Shown here: positions 26,160 to 38,260 of the stretch, in pieces
Numbering within the stretch: the first letter of the stretch is position 1
Layout of the letters: each line of letters opens with the position of its first letter
NCBI RefSeq assembly: GCF_001194135.2
Contig: NC_068985.1
Location: forward strand, 70,472,353-70,536,352
DNA: 64,000 nt
Direction of reading: 5' to 3'
DNA from: Octopus bimaculoides
Lineage: Eukaryota
Program-made: the position numbers and the translations under genes
Notes under the pieces: generated by a model
What the model was told of the DNA's origin: nothing
Databases searched by the model: none
The model's input: only the letters and a program-made list of their open reading frames with translations

Positions 26160-27912
26160 TTTTTGTTTTTTTTTGGTAGCGTGAGAAGTGCGTGAGGGCG
26201 GCAATGTCTCAAGCTCGTGCGCGTTGCACATCTGCAACGCTGCTTCTAAGTTATGTATTATACATGCAGTTTCTTTTTCTTTTCTATTTTCATAATACTT
26301 GAGCATGTTATCAAAAATGAACCTACACGCATCCAAATGCAGCTAAATTATATGTTGATTGCCAACCTCCAGCCTGTTGTTATCTAGGGCCCTAGTCTGA
26401 CAATGAGCATAGCTTCCTTAATTCTTAGATTACCCAAATTTCTTCCATTGGCCTGAATTGTGACTGTTATGCTTTTGTCGGTGTTCCAGCATCTGTCTAG
26501 ATGTATTCTGAAAGAGACTATTGTGTCCTGATGTTCTTTGGTGCGAATGTGTAACGGTCTTGTTGTACTACCCACATAGAACATGTTGCATTTGTTACAT
26601 TGTATTCTATACACAACATTTACCCGTTGGCATAAAATTGTGTCATGGATGGGGCAGTTAGGTAGTGTGCATTGATTGCTGTTTCTTGCTTGTTTCTTTG
26701 CTAGGTGTTTTCTCAGAGAGGGGCCGGAGTGGGCTAGTTGTATGTCTAGCGCTTCTCTTCGTATGGCTCTTCGGATGGCTGTAGTTATCCTCTCGCTAAA
26801 ATGGGGTTTTCTAAGGAAGCATGTGTTGCTGGTTTTTCTGTGTGTTCGGCGTGTTTATCATCTTGGGTCCTTAAGCCGATTTACAATGGATTTAGGGTAC
26901 CCGTTAGTTTTCAGTATCTCTAGGAAGCGTGTCGTGTGGGTCACCTTGTCCTCTGTCCTGCTGCACTTGCTCTGGATGCGTGCAAGTTCATTTCTGGGGT
27001 ATCCGAGTGGAAGGGTTGAACTGTACTGAACAAACATATATCTACTGGCTGCTTTTGTGTAGAACTCGGTGTGGATCTCTCCTTTTTCCGTTATTTTCAG
27101 TTGGAAGTCGAGTAGCGATAGGGATCTAGTGTTGTCGGGATGTTCTATAGTGAACCGTATGTTCATGTCCATGTTGTTGAACGTCGTTAATATTCTGTCC
27201 TCCTCTTCACGGGAGGATGTGAGTATAAGGATGTCATCTACGTATCTGGTGAAGAAGGCACATGAGCGACAGTTGTTGAGTGCTCGAAGTTCCAAATGGT
27301 TCGTAGGGGTTATGGCTAGTAGGCCCGAGAGACTGGATCCCATGGGAAGACCTGTTGTCTATTTGTATATGTGACCATGAAAAAAGAAGTAGGTGCTGTG
27401 CACGATGGTGGACAATACTTGATGTATATCAGCTGCGGCGAATACAATGCACTGGATGACGAACACTACTATGCAGTCAGTCAATAGGCTGACCACCGAG
27501 TGCGCTGGTACCGTTGTGTACATTGAGACAAGGTCAAGACTAAAAGCATATCTGTTTTGCCTGAGTTGGTCTGCGGGCTGTTGGCGCAATATTTTGATGA
27601 CTTCGTCGGAGTTCTTGACATGTCCAGGAAAGGTAGAGAGTATGCGTTTCAGAATGTGGGAAAGTAGACAGGATATTTTATATAGAGGTCATTCCACGAT
27701 GGAGAAGGTGGGTCTAATATGGATCGTGTTGCTATCCTTGTGTGTCTGGTTTTAAAAAAAAAGAAAGAAACTGCACGTATAATACATAACTTAAAAGCAG
27801 CGCTGCGGATGTGCCAATACGCACGAGCTTGAGACATGGCCGCCCGCATGCACTTCTCATGAAGAATTCCGGAAGGAGCCTCGTGAGACCACTGCACAGA
27901 GACGCTACCGGA
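26160..27912 (-). mobile_element. Penelope-like retroelement, 5'-truncated, with inverted terminal repeat
   Basis: Minus-strand ORFs give YAFSLDLVSMYT, MGSSLSGLLA, FFTRYVDDILIL (RT active site), IRFTIEHPD...LSLLDF and NVVYRIQCNKCNMFYVGSTTRPLHIRTKEH (GIY-YIG). 26172-26283 is repeated inverted at about 27757-27908. Confidence 0.92.
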
Positions 27913-27937
27913 AAAAAAAATTATATATATATATATA

Positions 27938-27984
<47 letters not shown>

Positions 27985-29789
27985 TCATAGGTGGCATACC
28001 TATTTGAGCACTCAGAATAGTTTGAGTCATCTTGAGTCATCTATTTATAGATAGATAACTAGATAGATAAATAGATAGATAGATAGATACATACATACAT
28101 ACATACATACACACATACATACATACATACATACATACATACATACACACATACATACATACATACACACATACATACATACATACATACACACATACAT
28201 ACATACATACATACATACATACGTGGTTGACTACTAGAGAAGGGAAAAGAATCGCTTCTAGCTATAAGGATGTTAATCAACATACATATATTTCTATATA
28301 AATTATTTATTTATTTATTATCCCTTCCATGAGATGCATTACTTAAAGTCACAGGTGAATACCACTAGTGCGTCCTCCTTTTGGACTCGTCAGCACGACA
28401 TCTCTCGGGACTTGAAATTAATTAAGCTCATTGTATTTTCCTTATTCTTTTTTTTTTCCAACAGTGGAGAAAAGACGTAATGAGAGACTTGCAATTAATT
28501 AAGCTAGAGAAAGAAATGTCTTACATGCGAGTAAACTACTTCCAGTGCAGATTTGCCTCGCTTAAAATTTCTTTGTGTAGACAGCTAATACTTTCTCTGC
28601 GAACAAATTCATTTGCTCGTACTCGTATGTTGTTCTCGAGTGCAAAAAGTGCTTTTTCTAGCCGCATTTTCATGTTGTGTTGGGATGATTTAGCATTGGT
28701 GTCATTTTTTTCTTTATCTCACTGTGGCATCTTGACATCAGTTTATATGGATGATATCAAACATACAACCAGAGACTTAAAAGCATGTAGTTGACAGCTA
28801 ATGAAGGGGAGAGAATCGTTTATACCTTTAAGCATTTAGAGGAATATATATTTCTATTAAACAGTGCAGAACATATATATAGATATATGATTTATAAATA
28901 AGTTCTTGTGTCTTTTTTTAATTTAGAGTTTCGGCCAGATGACAAACGCAGAGCAACGTAAAGCTGGATGATAATCTATGTTAAAGTAAAACATATTGAA
29001 AGATATTCAGTCTGCCCATCTGTGACAAATGTGACATGAAACCCATTTATTTATGAGCAACATGAGCGCTGTTTAGAAAAGGTTTACTACTAACAATGCT
29101 GTTTCTCTGTAACGGTGGAGATCACTACACGGTCCACAATGAAATTTCTAAGTGACTTATCATCTGAGCGAAGGTGAACAATGAAAATTTAGATTTAATT
29201 TCCATTTATACTTGATGTGTACAAATTTTTGTCTTTCGTGCTCATGTCGCTTGAAAGAATGGCCATAGAGAGAAAATGTTACTAATAAAGGAAAAGGAGT
29301 GAACCAAACGAATATATGCAGGCGTAACCTTGTCTCAGCAAATTGCTAATACTGCGGGCAACGAAATGAGAACTCAGGAACTTGGCAGAGGGAAAATATT
29401 TGCATATTAATCACAAGTGCCTTATACGGATCGGGTTTTCAAAATTTTCATAACCGAGGCTAACTTTTAGATATTAGATCGACGTCAGAAAAAAACGTCT
29501 GTACAGTTGAAAGATACAGAAGGTAGGCTAAGTCGTGCCTTGTTTGTAATTAACCTGTCAGCCAACCTATGATATTCCAATATCATTGTAGCTTCTGATT
29601 ATAGTGGAATTCTTTATTAAGTCCTATTCCACTGATGTTTGATGCCCAGAAATAACTTTTTAGTAATGGGATATAAATGGAGAAGATATATTGCATTGTG
29701 TGTGTATGTGTATAGATTTTATACAAAGACATACATACATACATACATACATATATACATACATGCAGGCATACCGGTGTTGAATGCAA

Positions 29790-30216
29790 AGCGTATGTTA
29801 ATATAAAGATAAATATCAGCGAAACAGAAAATACCTACAGTGTATTATGGAGGAATTTATAGCTACTCTATCCAGATTAGAAATTGAGGTTTATACCTGT
29901 AATTATTGGGATATTGGGATATGTAACACACTGCCTAGATGCCAATCTTGAGAAATTAGGCTTCTCAAAACCAGAAAAGAAAAGCTGATTCAAAGACTAC
30001 ATATCCAAGCCATCAATAGAAATGCAAAAATCTGTAAAACTTTGATCATGTCTAGACATGCAGCTATATGCATGAGAATAGAGACATAAAATACAACGCG
30101 CAAATTTAGACATATACGTACATGAAAAATACCCTTTCATGTTGTTGAAATTCCAATGAAGGGGCTTTAGATATTGGTTAGAAACCTATTGGCAAAAAGT
30201 CTTGAAATAAAACTGA
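29790..30216 (+). mobile_element. 3' end of a restriction-like-endonuclease non-LTR retrotransposon (R4/Dong-like)
   Basis: ETENTYSVLWRNL*LLYPD*KLRFIPVIIGILGYVTHCLDANLEKLGFSKPE...LIQRLHIQA...KICKT resembles the KY...PVIIGALG C-terminal RLE region; followed by a 3' UTR running into (TACA)n. Confidence 0.65.
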
Positions 30217-31081
30217 ATATTGACATACATATATACATACATACATACATACATACCTACATACATACATACATACATACATACATACATGCATGCATGC
30301 ATGCATGTATGCATATATACATACATAATACATACATACATACATACATACATACATACATACATACATACATACAACGCATACATATAAAGCTGTTTCA
30401 CTTGGCTCTTTTAGTGTGTATCTTGCTTTTAAGAACTTTTAGACAATATAGGAAAATGTGGCAAGATAAAAGAAATGCTGTGTTGAATATTGTGACTGTT
30501 AATTTTGGAATCAATTGCAACTTAATTTCTTTGATTGTAGACAAAGGATATTTCGTTTCCTCTTGTAATACGGGTTTCGAATACTATAAATAATCCAGCT
30601 ATTGATCAACGTCAACTTACGATGCTATTTTGCAGACGCCCTCGTATCTGGAAATTGTAAATATTCTTCCTCTATTCAGCTCTTATGCATTTAGTGTTTT
30701 AAAAGATCAGGATTTTCGTTCCTCAACCAATGCACTGTGAAACCGAGCTTGCAAGTTGACAGTCATTGCTGAAATAATGTATCTAATAATATCCATTTAA
30801 TTTGACATGTCATTTATTATCTAGTAACAAAAAACTTGTTCTCTAGCATATCATATACAAATAAAACCTGCATAAATATATAATATGCATACATGCATAT
30901 ACATGTGTGCTGTATTCTTGAGCAATATCATTTATTTCATGTCACTCCAGTTCACTCAGCTTCAGTTGCAATGTCTCTGGTACCAATCGGTATCGGTTTT
31001 TGCTTTTCCTTTGGACAACTTTGGCATGGAGACGGGAAGCTCGTATGCGTGGGTGACTGCTGTTCTTCCACAAATACAGAT

Positions 31082-31155
<74 letters not shown>

Positions 31156-34100
31156 TAAGAAAAATATCCTCGTTTGTCTCACTGCTATCAGTATTATTAT
31201 TTTAATACCAACATTGTGTTTCACAACCATTTGTTCTGTAACTCGGTTTAAGTATTTACTACTTATCAGTACATAGTACCATTTTACCCAGCAGGGTTAA
31301 CCTATTCATATCATATATGCACGCTTGTAAGGACATAATATCTGTCCACGCAAAAGTTAATCTCATAATACCAGTTGTCTCTTTCTTAGATACCTAACAG
31401 CTGGGCTACTATACAGTTGATATTGCACATCAGGCAGATTATTTTCAATTTATCAAACTATTGCAGATATTTTGAAATATATTTTAAGCAATATTTCCTT
31501 CCGCCAGATTTCAATCTTTAATATTAATAAAGATATTATGATTAAAAAAATTAAATTATGAAAATTCGTTTTGATGCATATCTTGATTTCTGAATTTGAT
31601 GCATTTTGTAGCATATATTTAGTATCATAAATCTAACATTAAATTAATTTCAGTAATTTCTGATAATTATGTCAATGCAAAGCCACCTCAAATTTTTGTT
31701 ATTGATTTTTAAAATACTGTTTGCTTCATATCAACAAAAAATTCCACAAATAGTTACATATACCCCTTGAGTTAGCACAACGCGATAGCAAATTCGTTCC
31801 TCAAAACGTTGTTAGATCGTAGCGTTTCATTATTAGATTATTTCCTGATAAGTCATTATTGAATTTCATAATCATAAATATTTTATATTCAATTATGTTA
31901 TCTCTTCTGTAGAAGCATCATATATTGATATGTAAGTGTTTGTGATATTTATCTATATCACACATGCTTTCTTCCCGATTTATATGTAAATTGTGGCACG
32001 CCCTTAACTTTATGCAGTTCCAGGCGTGTATGTATATATGTGTGCATGTATGCATGCATACGGTATGTTTGCTTGTAGTTATTTTGTCTGTCGGTATGCC
32101 TATAATGTACGTACGTATGTATGTATGTAAGTATGTATGTCTATGTGTATGTATTCATTTATGTATGTGTGTATGTATGTATGTATGTATGCATGTATGC
32201 ATGTATGCAAACATTTACATGTTTTACTAGTTATTCAGAAAAGGGAGGGAACTTCTCAAGGTATTTGAACGTTCTCTCAAGACGATGAATTTGTTGTAGA
32301 CTATATATTCAGTCTAAATATCTTTAGGTAAGACAAATTTAATACTCTATAGACTTTCGACGATGGGACAGAACGTTGTGAAAAGTGCTTGGTGTACAAA
32401 TTGTTTGACATGGTAGAGTATGTTAGTAGGTTGATTAAAGGAATGTATGAAACCCCTGTGTCTTATGTGCTCGGATGGTAAGCATTACAACGTTCAGATT
32501 CACAAGAGTAACAATCAGTCTACTTTAGAGTAAAAAATTAATTAAAAAGTTAGGGAGCGTCTTTTGTGAAAGAAAGACAAGTGGTGAGGCAGAAAATTAT
32601 TTTATGCTACAAACTCAGTTTTAAAACAATAAATAAAATTTTCTACTAACAAATATACTTTTTGCCGGCAGATATTTCCACAAATCTTCTTGGATACTTT
32701 TCATTTATTTAGTTTGTTTTTAATGTTTATTTTTACTTAACGCTTGTAATAGTGTGTTAGACTGCGGTGCAAAAAGTAAAGATTTTGACAACACAGCTTT
32801 AACTAAAGTTAGGAGAAGCCTCAGAGAATAATTATTTCAAGTAAATATATTTTTAGGAATCCAAACATTCAGGTGTCAATGATGCGCAGATGGTAAACGT
32901 AATAGTTAATCACAATATAAATAAACAAATAGGCCAGAGACGAAAACACGAGTCAATTTACTAGCGCTTGATGCGCTAGCATTACTTAAAAATTCATTCT
33001 AATATTTCACTCTTGAATCTTAGAAATAACGGAGACGCTATATAATGTAGTTACTCTAGTAATCCCTGAATAGCAAAGAGGAACGTCCTGGTTGGAATGT
33101 CCTGGATGTATCTCAGGACAGTCTCTAAGAGATCAAATGATTATCATCGATACTTAGCAATACCGAGACCAAAAACGTCAATGAGGGAAGCCAACGAAAA
33201 TGTTTCCCTATTCACCCTCGGGTTGCACTAAACTTCAAATAAATTTCCTTGCAATTATGTTTGTCTTTCACAAAACGAAAGACACTTGATAAGGGAGTTC
33301 TAAATACGCACTTCCCTATTAAGAGACGAGTTATTTTGGTGGATGTCTTTGATCATTCGTCGTATCAATTAGAGATGAGGTCGAGTGTAAAAATAAATCA
33401 GTACAGTGCTAAAACAGCATACATTAATAAAATATTTTCAAATAACATATGTAAATATGTGAGTGCGTGCATTATATGCTTACAAACCTACATTCATACT
33501 TATATACATTCACACATACATACATACATACATACATACAAACATACGATTACATATATATATGTACAAGCATACATTCACACATACATATACACGTACA
33601 CTCTCATAAATGCATACATACCTACCTACCTACATACATACATACACACAAATACATACTAGTTGATTGGGTTGGAATGTTTGGGTTAGCAGATGATATT
33701 GACCATAATTTCAGGAAGAATTTATTGTGAGTCTTGTCATCTGTGGAGTCTGCTTATACCGAATTTTCCTTCATTTATTTACTTTATAAACCAATGATGA
33801 TGGAAGCAAAATGCAAAACACTAATAGTAGCATCTTGTTTCATTCTATATCCTTCAACACGGGAAAGATATAAATAATTATTTTGCACAATCATGTCTTA
33901 GAAACGTCTGAAGAAAACGTCCACATCTGTGCTGCCTCTCAGAAAACTACGTTCGCTGTCTTTCCATTCTCAAATCACAATGAATAAAAACCATTTTTCT
34001 AAAATAGTTTGTGCTTTTATTTTCATTTTCAAGATATTTTGTTCTGTTTATTATATTACATATTTTTTTGTTTGTTTGCGAATTTCTTTTTTTTTCTTTT

Positions 34101-34589
34101 TTTTTTTTTTTGCTTTAGTTTTCTTCCTTTTTCTTTCTTGCTTGCTAAGTTTTCAATAAAACTGAAATAAAAGAAGACATGAAAATAAAATAAAACAAAA
34201 GAAATAAATGCTATAATCACGTCTTGAAGGGATGAAATATTATTATCAGATGACTTGAAATAGTCATGAATATTCAATTTCACTGTTTTTCTTTTCTCTC
34301 TNNNNNNNNNNNNNNNNNNNNNNNNNNNNNNNNNNNNNNNNNNNNNNNNNNNNNNNNNNNNNNNNNNNNNNNNNNNNNNNNNNNNNNNNNNNNNNNNNNN
34401 NNNNNNNNNNNNNNNNNNNNNNNNNNNNNNNNNNNNNNNNNNNNNNNNNNNNNNNNNNNNNNNNNNNNNNNNNNNNNNNNNNNNNNNNNNNNNNNNNNNN
34501 NNNNNNNNNNNNNNNNNNNNNNNNNNNNNNNNNNNNNNNNNNNNNNNNNNNNNNNNNNNNNNNNNNNNNNNNNNNNNNNNNNNNNNNNN

Positions 34590-34634
<45 letters not shown>

Positions 34635-35608
34635 GTTCTTGTTCTTTATCTCGCTATCTATTTCCCCGTCAAACACTTTTTTGTGTTTTACCTCGTAAAT
34701 TATTCTTTTTATCTTTTAATATTAATCATAACTGTAAAATTTTTCCCTTATACACTCTACATTGTTGGTTTTTGTTCTTTTTTTAAATGTGTGAGTATAG
34801 ATGTGCATATATGTATGTGCATGTTTAGATGTCAATGTGTATATTTATTATGCGTGTGAGCAAAAACACACAGATCGTGTAAATTGGAAGTGGTTTTTTT
34901 TATTATAATTTAATTCGTATTTCTTTTTTGCCTTTACTGTTTATGTGTGAATATATGAGTGTTCTTGTGTGTCCCTGCCTGTATCTGTATGTGCATGTGT
35001 GTGAATATTTTATGCAAAATGTTGAAGATTGCAAAATTTGGCTTTGAGTTTTCACACAAAATTAAATCGAAGCAAAAAAAAAAAAAATCACTGAAAACAA
35101 TGTCGCAATAAAATTCCACAAAATTTGGTTGACATTCTTTTCAGTTTCAGCGTTACGTTACATAAGAAGAGAAAAAAAAATTCAGCACATCCTATGACCA
35201 TGTAACTAATTGATCCCTATTTAGTATTTATATTTCGAAAGAGTTTGGTGTGGTTTGCGTTCGTGGGGAGGTGTTTTTGTGGTTCTTCAAGAGAGGAAAA
35301 TTGTTACGGCATTAAAATATTCAATGATTCTTAACTAGGACACAATTTTACATTAAATTATAACCCACACANNNNNNNNNNNNNNNNNNNNNNNNNNNNN
35401 NNNNNNNNNNNNGTTATGTTTATATATTTATAATAATACACACACATATATATGTATATATATATTTATATTTATAATTATATATCTATATATATATATA
35501 TATATATGGATATATATTTATGATTATACAAATTTACATACATGGACACATACATATATATGTGTGTGTGTATGTAAATGTTTGTATATATTTATATAAA
35601 AAACACAT

Positions 35609-35644
<36 letters not shown>

Positions 35645-35767
35645 CTATGTGTGTGTATATATGTATACAGGTATGTATGTATGTATGTATGTAGATAGGT
35701 AGGTAGGTAGGTAGGTAGGTAGGTAGGTAGGTAGGTAGGTAGGTAGCTAGCTAGCTATGTATGTATG

Positions 35768-36622
35768 TACGTAGTCTGATCAATAAGTATCCAGGCTGTT
35801 GCCATAGTCACGAAGGTAAAGCACGCAGTGTGAAACCACTTGGCACAAATTGACCCTGAACTCTGCTGTGCATGAGCTCTAAGTTTTAATTCTGTAGCTC
35901 ACTTCCGCTGTTTATAGAAGTACTTGGAAGGAAGGTGGGTAGCGTGTGATCGTCGCATTGACCATGACAGAAAAAGTTGACCAGAAAATCTGCATCAAAT
36001 TTTGCTAAAATCTCTGCGATTCCTGCTCAAAAGCCTACGCAAAGTTTTCAAAACATTATCATCGTTCTTGACACTTTCAAGGAGATCTTGTGCAACAAAT
36101 ACCCGAGAGTCTTTATGGTTAGCTGAAAGCAGTTTGGCACAAACGTGGTACACACACGTCTCATATCCAAATCTTCAGTGATAATGGACTAAAGTGAACC
36201 GTAAATAATCCTCTGATAACTCACAGATGGCGATTCGATGATTTCCTCTTACAGCTGCACGCCCATCTGCGGTGTTTTTCTCAGTTCTGCTGACCTATTT
36301 TCGGCCATCTTGGAAGCGTCTGAAACACTCGTACACTTGTGTATGACTCGTACATTCTTCTCTAACACTTTCTGCAACTTTGCGTAGGCCTCTGAGGAGG
36401 TATCGCCATGACAACTTTCTCTGTCATGATCAATGCGACAATCACATGCTACACATGTTCCTTCCAACCACTGCTGTGAACAGCAGAAATGAGCTGGATC
36501 GTTAAAACTTAGGGCGCATGCACAACAGTATTTAGTGTCAATCTTTGCTAACTGGTTTTACGCTGCGTGCTTCAGCTTCGTTACTATGGCAACAGTCCGG
36601 ATACATATCGATCAGACCTCGT
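35768..36622. mobile_element. Non-autonomous mariner derivative made of two inverted 5' ends
   Basis: Termini tacgtagtctgatcaataagtatccaggctgttgccatag and ctatggcaacagtccggatacatatcgatcagacctcgta. The + arm encodes MTEKVDQKICIKFC...AYAK; the - arm encodes MTEKV...AYAKLQK...SRVFVAQDLLESVKNDDNVLK. Confidence 0.9.
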
Positions 36623-37026
36623 ATGTATGCATGTATTATATATGTCTATATGCACACATAAAATAAATACGTACATATATCTTTTGATATATCTCCAGAC
36701 AGCTATTACAATAACCATTATACTAATAAGAGCCGCATGCACTGGCCCTGTATCATTTTTCGTTTATTATTATAAGTAGATTGCTCATCCATTTAACCCA
36801 TTTAATAATCGATTGTTTGATTAGTCGGTTAATCGTTCTGTCAATGAATCAATTCACTAAGTTTGTCCAAATGTATTCCCCACTCTTTGCCATCTCATGC
36901 GTAACATGCCCTCTCTGCCTTTCTCCTACTTGAATCAAAAACTTTTCATGCACATACACATACACACAAATGAACATGTATACACACGTACACACAGACA
37001 CACACACACACACATATATATTATGT

Positions 37027-37320
37027 GAAGGCGCATGGCTTAGTGGGTGTTGCACTCACTATTGCGAGATCGTTGTTTCGATCCTCAGACCAGGTGTTGT
37101 GTTGTGTTCTTCAGTGAAACACTTCCTTTCACGTTGCTCTGCGATCATTTCGTCATCTGACATGTGGAATATGGTGCACCTGTACAAGTAATGTCGATTT
37201 GATGCAGGGAGGGAGGTTATGTGAACACAAACATTTGATCAGTGTAAACAAATCATCTGTCTGGTTGTTAGGCAAGAAATTGCAGAGCACGTCGTCTAAC
37301 TACGGAACAGTCCATGATAT
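37027..37320 (+). mobile_element. SINE family B
   Basis: Head gaaggcgcatggcttagtgg...gtttcgatcc (A/B-box-like), then gtgttcttcagtgaaacacttcctttcacgttgctc. Confidence 0.8.
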
Positions 37321-37323
37321 GTT

Positions 37324-37354
<31 letters not shown>

Positions 37355-37684
37355 ATGTGTGTGCGTGTGTGCGTGTGTGTGTGTGTTAAAGAAAATGAGA
37401 CAACAAAGTCAAAGCAGTATAAAATTTCTAGAACAGTTATAAAGTGAAAGTAGTCTTACAGCTGTTTCAGGATAACCCATCATCAGATATGATATAAGGT
37501 AATAATAGTGTCCAGTATAAAAAGATATTTTGGAAGGAGGAGAGAGATAGGAAGTATATATTTTGGATGTCACAATTGCAGTTCCATTATCCAGGGAATG
37601 GTACTGAAATTGTAATATCCAACATATATTTTTATTTTTATTCTCACATTTTGTGTATTTTTGTATGCGTTTTTCCCCATAACC

Positions 37685-37807
37685 CTGTGTTGGTGTCCCT
37701 GTAACGTAGCGGTTCGGCAACAGAGCCAATAGAATGAGTTTTGCTCAAGAACACAACGCATCACCCGGCCTAGTAAACTGAAACCACAATCTTCCGATCG
37801 TGAGTGC

Positions 37808-37810
<3 letters not shown>
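37685..37810. mobile_element. Juxtaposed SINE fragments: family A body (+, 37685-37736) and family B head (-, 37737-37810)
   Basis: ctgtaacgtagcggttcggcaacagagccaatagaat (A) directly followed by ttttgctcaagaacacaacgc...gatcgtgagtgcc (reverse complement of the B head). Confidence 0.7.
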
Positions 37811-37858
<48 letters not shown>

Positions 37859-37866
37859 TATATAGT

Positions 37867-38188
37867 GAAGGCGCACAGCTTGGTGGTTAGGATATTCGGC
37901 TCACGATCATAAAGTTGTGAGTTCGATTTCTGGGGATGCGTTGCGTCCTTGAGCAAGACACTTTCTTTCACGTTTCTCCACTCCACTTAGCTGGCAAAAG
38001 TGAGTAGTGCCTGTATTTCAAAGGTCCAAACTTGTCACACTCGGTGTCAAGTTGGATCTCCATCAGAACTAAGGTATGGGTGCACGTGTCTGTGGAGTGC
38101 TCAGACACATGCACGTTAATTTCGCGAGCAGGCTGTTCTGTTAATCGGATCAACTGAAACCCTCGCCGTCGTAGCTGACAGACTGCCA
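37867..38188 (+). mobile_element. SINE family B (variant body)
   Basis: gaaggcgcacagcttggtggttagg...gagttcgatttc...ccttgagcaagacactttctttcacg. Confidence 0.8.
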
Positions 38189-38229
38189 TATATATATTCA
38201 TATTCATATATATACATTGATAGATAGAT

Positions 38230-38260
<31 letters not shown>

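Noticed and set aside
27840-27912. Hammerhead ribozyme in the Penelope terminal repeat
   Set aside because: ctcatga and gagac only loosely resemble the CUGANGA and GAAAC core, and I could not build stems I-III; no intact ribozyme is visible.
30630-30646. Solo mariner-like terminus (gcagacgccctcgta)
   Set aside because: No partner end or transposase trace nearby; too short to support.
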